Virus record (IMG/VR): IMGVR_UViG_3300042868_010712
Span: 58,557 to 78,556 of that record
Direction: 5' to 3' (one strand)
From: an uncultured virus (IMG/VR IMGVR_UViG_3300042868_010712)
Taxonomy: Duplodnaviria > Heunggongvirae > Uroviricota > Caudoviricetes
Length of the DNA: 20,000 nt
The notes beneath the pieces were generated by a model, which was given only the letters and a program-made list of their open reading frames with translations, made no database searches and was not told the origin of the DNA. Below are positions 8,109 to 15,411 of this stretch, piece after piece. Made by a program: the position numbers and the translations under genes. The stretch's first letter is position 1, and each line of letters opens with the position of its first letter.

Positions 8109-10808
8109 ATGAGCGATAAAAAAGAAAAAATAGAGGTACAGCCTACCTATAAAGAAAACAGTCAGCCTGAACTAATGATTATTTTTTCTCACCCAGGGAA
8201 AGATGATCTAGAAGAAAGGGCGTTCGGTAAAAAAGGTATGGCTGAAGAGGTATTGTCTGCGCTAAATGCTGCAGATATACCTCTTGATAAAGTGTACTTT
8301 ACAGGAATGGTGAGGTATGGAATTGGTAATAAGCCTAAGCCGTCAGCAGAGGATATAGAATATTGGTCAGCCAAGCTGGACGAAGAAATTGCTGCAGTTA
8401 AGCCTAAACTCATCATGCCTTTGGGTGCTGAAGTATTCAAACGCATCATGCGTACGAATATTAAAATGGGTGATTATGTAGGCGAGATCACTGATACACC
8501 CTACGGTAAAGTTCTGGCAAACTATGCTCCTGGGATGATCGTAGTGATGGATCCTACTAAGCGTCCTGAGTTCAGGGAGATATTCGTATTGGCTAAAAAG
8601 GCGTTAGATAACAATTTAAACTATAGAGAGTTTAAGTATGTGATCATAGACGATCCTAAAGACAATATCGAGATATTGAACAACTACATTGCCCGAGGTG
8701 AGTTTAAAATAGGCTATGACGCTGAATGGTACGGAGATAAGTTTACAGACGACGAGGTAATGTATGAGTTTCAATATAGCTGCCAAAGAGATTTTGCAGT
8801 GATCTTGAATATCTCTAAAGACGGCTCCACAGAAAACCGAGAGCTTCTAGATACGATGAAGATCATGCTAGAGCACCCTAAAGCCCAGCGTATGGGCTGG
8901 AACATAAGGGCTGACGATCTACGCTTGAGGCATAGAGGATTTAATTTACCTGACGAAACGCTAGCGTTTGACGGTATGAAGGCTGTGGCTTTCTTTGACT
9001 CTAGGCTCAGTAAGGGGCTAGAAACGGGGATTAAGCACTTTACCGATTATGCTCCATACTATACAGCATTAAACAGAAAGGTTAAGGAGCATAAGCTTGG
9101 TAAAGCAGAAATGGCTAAGCTTAAGTTTTTGGAGCCTGACATATACCATCACTATTGTGCTGGTGACGCTGTGAGTCATCGTGAGGCCTGTCTGAGGATG
9201 ATGGAGATTTTTCCGGAAAAACTCAAAGATCTATACTACAACGTATATTTGCCATTAACCCATTACTTTACAGATATGGAGTTAACAGGTATTGCTGTTG
9301 ATAAGCAGGTGCTAGAAGATCTTACTGATAAGTATCTAGAAAAATATAACGCACTCAAAGATGAGCTTGTTGTCTTTCTAAAAGATGAGTTTGGTGTAGA
9401 AGAATTTAATCCTAATTCTGCTCCACAGAAAAAATCTTTGCTTTTTGAGACACTACGCGTAACTCCAGCCTACTATACAAAGTCAGGCAAATCTCCAAAG
9501 TCTAAGGCGTGGTACGATAAACAGAAGCCACAGACTCAAAAAATGTACGAGCCCAGTACAAACGGCAAGAGTCTATCTACAATAAAATTCCAGCTTGAAG
9601 AGGAGCTAGATAAATACCCAAACGACCCTGATATCATGAGGGTACATAAAGCAATTACTCTACTGCTTAGCGTAAGTCGTGTAGGCGTATTTGCTACAAA
9701 GTTTTTATCTAAAAAAGGTGTAGTGCTCGACCCTGAGTCAGAGCTAGATGAAGATATTGATGAACCCTTGAAGCAAAGCTATTGGGCAGCTATCTGTAAT
9801 GATGGTCGCGTTCATGCTAGCTTCTTTGAATGCTTAAAGAACTTCAGAGCTAGTAGTAGTCCTAATGTTCAGAATCCCGCTTCAAAGGTTTTAGCGTATA
9901 TTCCAGATATATTCGTTCCAGGGTATAGCAAACTGAGCAGCGAAGAACAGCAATCGTGCAGCAAAATGCTACCTAAAAACATTAGGAATATTTTCTGTAC
10001 AGGCAACCCTGACTATTATTGGACAGAGCTTGACGTAGCTGGGGCAGATTTGGCTATTATGGCCTTTTTGTCTAGAGACGAAGACTTTATTCACGATATC
10101 AGAGCAGGCAATTTCCATCAAACAAAGATGCGAGAATACTTCAATGACGCTACCCTCACAAAGAAAGATGTGAGTAAGTATGTGATCGCCAAGAGTATTA
10201 CTTTTCGAGTCTCGTACACAGCCGGGCTAAAATTCGCAGCAATGCCCATTCAAGCTGATATTTATGCTGAGAATGGCTTGCATGTAGGATTACATACTTT
10301 AGAGTATGCGCTTGAGACTTGGGAGAGATATCGCAAGTACATGGCCTACAGAGACAGATGTACTGACGAAGTTAAAAACCATAAGCGTATCACGAACGCC
10401 AGAGGGTTGGTTTTAAACTACGAAGAAACAGATAATTTCGGTATTCTTGCCGGTTGGATGAATGAAAGCTTGGCTTTTCCCGTGGCCAGCGAGCTTGCAT
10501 GGTTTATGTGGGAGTGTTCTGTAAATCTAAAAAACCTTCTAAAGAAAGAAGGCTTATGGATGAAGTACATATACCCAGTAAATACTGTGCATGATGCAGG
10601 CTATTGGGCTGTGCACAAAGATTTGGTAAATGATAATTATATCCAGGAAGTTCTCAAATATGTATTCTGCCACCATACAAAGCTAGCCACCGGAGATAAT
10701 GTAGGTTGCGAGCTGGCCATCATGGATAGATGGAAAGGTAAAGAAAAAGTATTTGAGAGAGAAACAGCCTGGAACTTTGAAAAGAACACATGGGAATGGA
10801 AAAAGTAA
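8109..10808 (+). CDS. Family A DNA polymerase with N-terminal UDG-like domain and 3'-5' exonuclease
   Basis: The N-terminal ~165 aa are UDG family-4-like (FSHPG, VYFTGMVR, KPSAEDI, LDEEIAAVKPKLIMPLGAEVFK). ExoI YDAEW, ExoII GWNIRAD, ExoIII YCAGD; DMELTGIAVD; FNPNS; RASSSPNVQN; motif A ELDVAGADL; motif B AKSITFRVSY; motif C TVHDA. Confidence 0.92.
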   Translation: MSDKKEKIEVQPTYKENSQPELMIIFSHPGKDDLEERAFGKKGMAEEVLSALNAADIPLDKVYFTGMVRYGIGNKPKPSAEDIEYWSAKLDEEIAAVKPKLIMPLGAEVFKRIMRTNIKMGDYVGEITDTPYGKVLANYAPGMIVVMDPTKRPEFREIFVLAKKALDNNLNYREFKYVIIDDPKDNIEILNNYIARGEFKIGYDAEWYGDKFTDDEVMYEFQYSCQRDFAVILNISKDGSTENRELLDTMKIMLEHPKAQRMGWNIRADDLRLRHRGFNLPDETLAFDGMKAVAFFDSRLSKGLETGIKHFTDYAPYYTALNRKVKEHKLGKAEMAKLKFLEPDIYHHYCAGDAVSHREACLRMMEIFPEKLKDLYYNVYLPLTHYFTDMELTGIAVDKQVLEDLTDKYLEKYNALKDELVVFLKDEFGVEEFNPNSAPQKKSLLFETLRVTPAYYTKSGKSPKSKAWYDKQKPQTQKMYEPSTNGKSLSTIKFQLEEELDKYPNDPDIMRVHKAITLLLSVSRVGVFATKFLSKKGVVLDPESELDEDIDEPLKQSYWAAICNDGRVHASFFECLKNFRASSSPNVQNPASKVLAYIPDIFVPGYSKLSSEEQQSCSKMLPKNIRNIFCTGNPDYYWTELDVAGADLAIMAFLSRDEDFIHDIRAGNFHQTKMREYFNDATLTKKDVSKYVIAKSITFRVSYTAGLKFAAMPIQADIYAENGLHVGLHTLEYALETWERYRKYMAYRDRCTDEVKNHKRITNARGLVLNYEETDNFGILAGWMNESLAFPVASELAWFMWECSVNLKNLLKKEGLWMKYIYPVNTVHDAGYWAVHKDLVNDNYIQEVLKYVFCHHTKLATGDNVGCELAIMDRWKGKEKVFERETAWNFEKNTWEWKK

Positions 10809-11368
10809 AATATATAAAACTAGGTAGCAATGGTCATATAGCTATAGTAGATGCTGAAGACTACGATGATCTTGTTAAACATAAGTGGGGAGTTAAAAAA
10901 GGAAAATCCACTGCATACGCAGTTAGACATAAAAAGAAAAACGAAGTACTAATAGCGGCTAAAAAGGTCCGTATGCATAGAGAGATATTATCAAAAATAT
11001 CTGAGATACCAGAAAAAATGGTTATAGATCATATAAACCATAACGGTCTAGACAATAGAAAAGCTAACTTACGAGTATGCACTGTTTCTGAAAATGTCAG
11101 GAACAGTAGAACGTTTAAAAATAAAAAAGTTAAATACAAAGGTGTTTTTATGGATCTAAGCAGCGCTAAAAACCCGTACAGGGCCTGTATCAGAGTTGAC
11201 GGCAAACGTATAAGTCTAGGACAATATCCTACACCAGAAAAAGCAGCTAGAGCTTATAATGCAGCAGCTGTGAAATACTTTGGAGCTTTTGCCTACTTAA
11301 ACGATGTGCCTGATACAGACGAAGAAGACTCAAAAGAGTTGACGCAATCCGAGCTTGAGCTGTCATGA
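10790..11368 (+). CDS. HNH endonuclease with C-terminal AP2 DNA-binding domain (free-standing homing endonuclease)
   Basis: RMHREI...VIDHINHNGLDNRKANLRVCTVSENVRN (HNH) followed by YKGV...YRACIRVDGKRISLGQYPTPEKAARAYNAAAVKYFGAFAYLN (AP2). Confidence 0.93.
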   Translation: MGMEKVKYIKLGSNGHIAIVDAEDYDDLVKHKWGVKKGKSTAYAVRHKKKNEVLIAAKKVRMHREILSKISEIPEKMVIDHINHNGLDNRKANLRVCTVSENVRNSRTFKNKKVKYKGVFMDLSSAKNPYRACIRVDGKRISLGQYPTPEKAARAYNAAAVKYFGAFAYLNDVPDTDEEDSKELTQSELELS

Positions 11369-12087
11369 CTAGGTTTAAATTGACCAACAACAGCAAAGTC
11401 AGATTTAAAGCTAATCACTATAATACGTTTAGCCTGACGCAAGGAGACCCTAAAGAAGGAGGCACATGCCCTGGTATGACAGAAGGACCAGGAGGATGTG
11501 CCGAGAAATGCTACGATAAAAATCTAAGAAAGTTATATAAAGCATACGCTAGTGTTGAAGATCACAACACTTCACTAGTAGTAGATAAATCTCCTGCAGA
11601 TATGTATGAGACTATCAAGAATTCTGTAATGTACTGGTTGTTAAGTGGAGGCAATAGTACTCCCTACTTCCGCATACATACAGGAGGAGATTTTTATAAC
11701 GAGGAGTATGCGAAAGCATGGGTCAAGGTAATGCAAGAGTACCCAGGAATAAATTTTTGGGCATACACCAGATCATTGTTTTGTGTTCCTATTCTTGCAG
11801 AAGTTAAAAATTTAACCTTGTATCTAAGCTGCGACCCAGTTAACAAGGACAAAGTACTGAAAGTATACTCAGGCTATAGAAATTATCACAACATAGCAAT
11901 AGCGTGGATGGGTAATGAAATTCCTGAAAATTTATTTTCAGACAAAGCTTTTTTAGTTTGCCCTGAAGTTACGGGTAAGCTAAAAAATACAAAGACGGAA
12001 GGCGCTTGCTCTAGATGTAGAGCTTGCGTTGACCGTAAACTAAAAAACGGAAAAACAAGACACATACAGTTTCCTATCCACAGGTAA
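11365..12087 (+). CDS. Phage 'gene product 88'-like Cys-rich protein (putative Fe-S, radical-SAM-like)
   Basis: TCPG-x7-CAEKCY, FRIHTGGDFY, FWAYTRS, NLTLYLSCD and C-terminal CP...CSRCRAC match my recollection of the Gp88 family pattern. Confidence 0.7.
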   Translation: MTRFKLTNNSKVRFKANHYNTFSLTQGDPKEGGTCPGMTEGPGGCAEKCYDKNLRKLYKAYASVEDHNTSLVVDKSPADMYETIKNSVMYWLLSGGNSTPYFRIHTGGDFYNEEYAKAWVKVMQEYPGINFWAYTRSLFCVPILAEVKNLTLYLSCDPVNKDKVLKVYSGYRNYHNIAIAWMGNEIPENLFSDKAFLVCPEVTGKLKNTKTEGACSRCRACVDRKLKNGKTRHIQFPIHR

Positions 12088-12132
12088 TAGTCTGCAAAGG
12101 TGACTGTATTAACAAACAAAAAAATAAATAGT

Positions 12133-12426
12133 ATGACCAAAAAATCATCAAGCAAGAACAAGCCCTGCAAAACAACCAAGTGCGCCACAACAAAGGCAAA
12201 AGCTTACAATGTGCACACAGAAGAATTCAATAACGGTGCATTTGCTCGCTATATTCGACTGAATAACAGCAAGCATTACTTCATCTCTGACCTAGTCAGT
12301 CATTGGGGTCGTGGATTTGTGGACAGCTTGAAAAGCGTTCTCAAGCTCCGCATTAAACACAACAACAACAGTCAAGAGCGTCGTCTTGTGAGTGCGTCAG
12401 AATTACGCACACTCAAGTTGGCATAA
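12133..12426 (+). CDS. Small basic protein, possibly Bro-N-like DNA-binding domain with Lys-rich N-terminal tail
   Basis: ATG 12133 is preceded by AAAATAAATAGT (the track starts at GTG 12100). The pattern F-N-N-G-x-x-x-R-x-I...HYFISDL...Q-x-R-x-L-V-S-x-S-x-L resembles Bro-N. Confidence 0.5.
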   Translation: MTKKSSSKNKPCKTTKCATTKAKAYNVHTEEFNNGAFARYIRLNNSKHYFISDLVSHWGRGFVDSLKSVLKLRIKHNNNSQERRLVSASELRTLKLA

Positions 12427-12435
12427 TTTCCCTCC

Positions 12436-12457
12436 AAATGTTCCCCCCAGAACATTT
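12436..12457 (+). promoter_or_regulatory. 8-bp hairpin in the leader of the Ubl gene
   Basis: AAATGTTC-CCCCCA-GAACATTT perfect inverted repeat followed by an unstructured A/C-rich leader. Function is not known. Confidence 0.35.
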
Positions 12458-12505
12458 AGTCGCAGAAAAACAACAACACACAACTCAGTAAACACTAATA
12501 TTATT

Positions 12506-12766
12506 ATGAACACATACAAAATCGAAATCGCAGACAAGACCGGACACACAACTGTAGCTGACCTGACGCTAGATCAGGCAGTAGACGGAATTCTGGAGCA
12601 CGCCGAGAACAATGCCCGCTGGGTATTCATTAACGGCGAAAAGTTTGAGTTCCAAGGAACCAACTATCGTGCAGAAGAGAACCTCCAAAAGCTTCGAGGC
12701 AAACTCGAGGCAGTGGAAGATCCTGCTGTGCTCCTGACCGGTATTCTGATTGGCGGTCTCAAGTAA
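12506..12766 (+). CDS. Ubiquitin-like (beta-grasp, ThiS/MoaD/Ub superfamily) protein with GG motif and 2-aa C-terminal extension (86 aa)
   Basis: Likely start ATG 12506 (MNTYKIEIADKTGHTTV...). Pattern strand-strand-helix (LTLDQAVDGILEHA), then WVFINGE, then terminal strand VLLTGILIGG-LK*. Neighbouring JAB and E1 genes support the call. Confidence 0.8.
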   Translation: MNTYKIEIADKTGHTTVADLTLDQAVDGILEHAENNARWVFINGEKFEFQGTNYRAEENLQKLRGKLEAVEDPAVLLTGILIGGLK

Positions 12767-12788
12767 ATCAGACAGATCAATTAAAATC

Positions 12789-12826
12789 AAACCCCCTGAT
12801 GATTGCTCATCAGGGGGTTTCTTTTT
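12789..12826 (+). terminator. Intrinsic (Rho-independent) terminator after the Ubl gene
   Basis: Perfect 14-bp inverted repeat AAACCCCCTGATGA-TTGC-TCATCAGGGGGTTT running into TTTCTTTTT, starting 22 nt after the Ubl stop. Confidence 0.85.
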
Positions 12827-12870
12827 ACCCTTCGGGGGAGACACATACCACTTATAAAATAATAAATACT

Positions 12871-14973
12871 ATGGACCTACCTTATAAATCTTTTTTAAAA
12901 ATAGCCAAACAAACACAAACATTAAGCAAGTACGTCAAGACAATGGACGTAAGCATCGATAAATCTACTGAATATGTGGATTATCAATATGTACCTACAG
13001 TAAAAGTGGCATACACAAGCCTGCACTTCGATACGGTGGCAGACATGCATGCCTACTCCAAGTATCTGCCTATACCCACACATAAGCTTAAAATAGGTGA
13101 AGACATCAGATACCAAGATCTTCAAGCAAACATAGCTCAACGTGGCGGATGGGACAATACGCACGTTATGCAATTTTTAAGACAGGATAGCTCTAAGGGC
13201 GAGCCTTCCGTAAAGCTTATCCCTGAAGAAACAGCGTATGCTTTTCGCCCTAATATAATCAAGCTCGCTCCTATCGAGTATACAGAAGGAGACTATACAT
13301 ACAGAATCCTTACAAACCAGAGTAGTAAAAACTATACCGCTCGTATTCGAGTTATAGCTAGAAACGATGAGCCTATTTACGATTACCTGGATAAAGGGTT
13401 TTTCGTAATGACTGTTAATGAAAAATCTGACGAATTAACTAAGCCTGCGTTTGTTGTGTCGGACAGCTATGATATGAATACTGCACATATTTTTATGATG
13501 TGCAAGCTACAGCATAACCTAATCAGTATGCTGAAAGACGAATGCTTTGTGAGTAAGTATGACGCAGAAATGCTTAAACTTAAAATGCTCAGAAAGCTAA
13601 CTCCTGAAGCTAAAGCGTCATACTTGAAGCATTCGAAGGCGATTGATGAAGACTATCGTAAGAATACTACACTGGTAGTAGTTGGGAAATTGCTTAGCGG
13701 CGAAATTAAAAAAACGACTATTAGAGAAGTAGAGTTTTCAGCCACAACGGCGAAGTATGAGAATACTGAAATTGAAGCCGAGGACCTTATAAATGTACTG
13801 TCAAGAGACCTCGATTTTAATAGCGAGTTTGACATCTATGCTGTGGTTCAACTCTATGCTAATTATGCTGAAAAGTGCTTGGACGCTAAAGGCTGGAATC
13901 ACACAGACATTGATAACATCAATGCAGGCGAAAATGAGCTCAAAAAGAAGAGTCTGCCTACGTTTAAAATAAACGGAATCAGTATATCTGCGGCAGTTTC
14001 TTATACAGGACAAAGGTACTTAAACGACACCAGGATTAATCAGGACGAGGTGGCAAAGGCCATATACCGCGCTTCCTGCTATAGGTCAGCTGAAGACTAT
14101 AATTTGTTCCTAAAGAGTATCAGTCGCATGAGTATCAAGAGACATGATATTATTGCAAATGGCCTGCAGGTAAAGATTCACGCAGGTATGAGTGCAGAAG
14201 AATACAGAGAAGCCACTCCTGGTGTAAACGCTCCTGCGCTTAAGTTTGTAATTGATAAGCAAGATAAACGTATCAAGCTGTACATTGACGAAAATCGACA
14301 AGTGCCTGTAGATATCAGCGGGCTGATCAAGAAGGTGCAAACGATCAACTCAAAAACAAACAATAAATCGTTTTACGATAGGTCAGAAAACGCATACAAT
14401 TATATCAACAGAGATCATGTCTGGGCAGCTACAGAGCTTACAAGAGCCCTGATTGAGTTCACTACGTTCCCTGTAAAGTTTAAGAATCTGGAAGATGGTA
14501 CTGTAGTAGAAAAAGTCCAGGTTCTGATATCTAAAGACGACGTCGCTAAACTGTTGAAGGTAGTTGATGACCAGAACAAAGCTAAAATCGAAAGATCTAA
14601 GCAGTTCTTGAGTACTGCAGTAAAGCTTACAGGAGCTGAAGAAATTGAGTTCTTGGGACAAAAGGCCTATAGGGTAAAGGGTAGCCTTAGAGAATACGCT
14701 ATAGTCATCAGTAACGCCAAGGTCTACGATTATGAGACAAAGCAATATCGCTGCATTGTTAATGACAGGCACTATAAAGGTGCAGGTTATGACGACGTGG
14801 CCAGCAGACTATTGGCTCTCAAGAACGACTCTGTGATGCAAGATCATATCGGCACACTGAGAGGAGCACAGGGTCAGCCAGGAGCTGAAAACGCGCACAA
14901 CGATTACAGACCTGAGCGCGACGTTCAGGACGTAATTAGTCCAATTGTAGATAAAGCATTCGAGAAAGTATAA
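12871..14973 (+). CDS. Large hypothetical protein (700 aa) within the Ubl-JAB-E1 cassette
   Basis: The track start at 12799 lies inside the terminator stem; ATG 12871 follows AATAAATACT. No canonical family recognised. The C-terminal region has YRVKGSLREYAI...YRCIV...DDVASRLLALKND. Ends 2 nt before the JAB gene. Confidence 0.85.
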   Translation: MDLPYKSFLKIAKQTQTLSKYVKTMDVSIDKSTEYVDYQYVPTVKVAYTSLHFDTVADMHAYSKYLPIPTHKLKIGEDIRYQDLQANIAQRGGWDNTHVMQFLRQDSSKGEPSVKLIPEETAYAFRPNIIKLAPIEYTEGDYTYRILTNQSSKNYTARIRVIARNDEPIYDYLDKGFFVMTVNEKSDELTKPAFVVSDSYDMNTAHIFMMCKLQHNLISMLKDECFVSKYDAEMLKLKMLRKLTPEAKASYLKHSKAIDEDYRKNTTLVVVGKLLSGEIKKTTIREVEFSATTAKYENTEIEAEDLINVLSRDLDFNSEFDIYAVVQLYANYAEKCLDAKGWNHTDIDNINAGENELKKKSLPTFKINGISISAAVSYTGQRYLNDTRINQDEVAKAIYRASCYRSAEDYNLFLKSISRMSIKRHDIIANGLQVKIHAGMSAEEYREATPGVNAPALKFVIDKQDKRIKLYIDENRQVPVDISGLIKKVQTINSKTNNKSFYDRSENAYNYINRDHVWAATELTRALIEFTTFPVKFKNLEDGTVVEKVQVLISKDDVAKLLKVVDDQNKAKIERSKQFLSTAVKLTGAEEIEFLGQKAYRVKGSLREYAIVISNAKVYDYETKQYRCIVNDRHYKGAGYDDVASRLLALKNDSVMQDHIGTLRGAQGQPGAENAHNDYRPERDVQDVISPIVDKAFEKV

Positions 14974-14975
14974 TT

Positions 14976-15410
14976 ATGTATATATTCAGATACGGTATAG
15001 AATCGTTCCTTAAAGCCATGATTGGTGCTTCTCTAGAGTGTACAAGCACTAAAGAGGAGGAAGGCGGCATTATCATGGAAAAAGATGCAGTGTATGAGTT
15101 CGTAAGAGTTAAAAATGTTTACGAAGGTACAGACAGAGCCTCAGGATTATATGAGACAGATCAAGAAGAGTTGTCTCAATTAATATTCTCCAGAGTCTGT
15201 AAAGGTTGGAAAATGCATGCCAGCTTTCATACGCATCCATCGTTCAGCCCTACTCCTAGCATCCTTGACCTGGATAAGCTGTTTCAAGGCTTTAGATACA
15301 ACATCATATGGTCACCGACACACAGAACATTCTCCTATTCAGCATGGATGGGTGAAGACTCGCATGTGACATACCTACCTATTAATACAATCGAGAAATT
15401 AATTAAATAA
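14976..15410 (+). CDS. JAB/MPN+/JAMM metalloprotease (Ubl-processing/deconjugating peptidase)
   Basis: Catalytic Glu in EEGGII, VRVKN, and exact H-x-H-x7-S-x2-D motif HTHPSFSPTPSILD. Confidence 0.92.
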   Translation: MYIFRYGIESFLKAMIGASLECTSTKEEEGGIIMEKDAVYEFVRVKNVYEGTDRASGLYETDQEELSQLIFSRVCKGWKMHASFHTHPSFSPTPSILDLDKLFQGFRYNIIWSPTHRTFSYSAWMGEDSHVTYLPINTIEKLIK

Positions 15411-15411
15411 T

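Noticed and set aside
10790..11368. Group I intron or intein carrying the HNH endonuclease
   Set aside because: The polymerase ORF is continuous and complete past motif C, the HNH gene overlaps both neighbours and leaves no room for intron RNA, and no intein motifs were seen in pol, helicase or RecA.
12460..12505. A/C-rich tracts (also 16290-16335) as repeats, CRISPR array or origin
   Set aside because: There are no regular repeat-spacer units or iterons, and the tracts are consistent with unstructured translation leaders. No tRNA, rRNA or CRISPR array was recognised in the window.
12392..12870. ORF-track starts at 12392 and 12799
   Set aside because: 12392 overlaps the upstream gene and adds a low-complexity leader, and 12799 lies in the terminator stem. 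ATG 12506 and ATG 12871 have the typical A-rich context.
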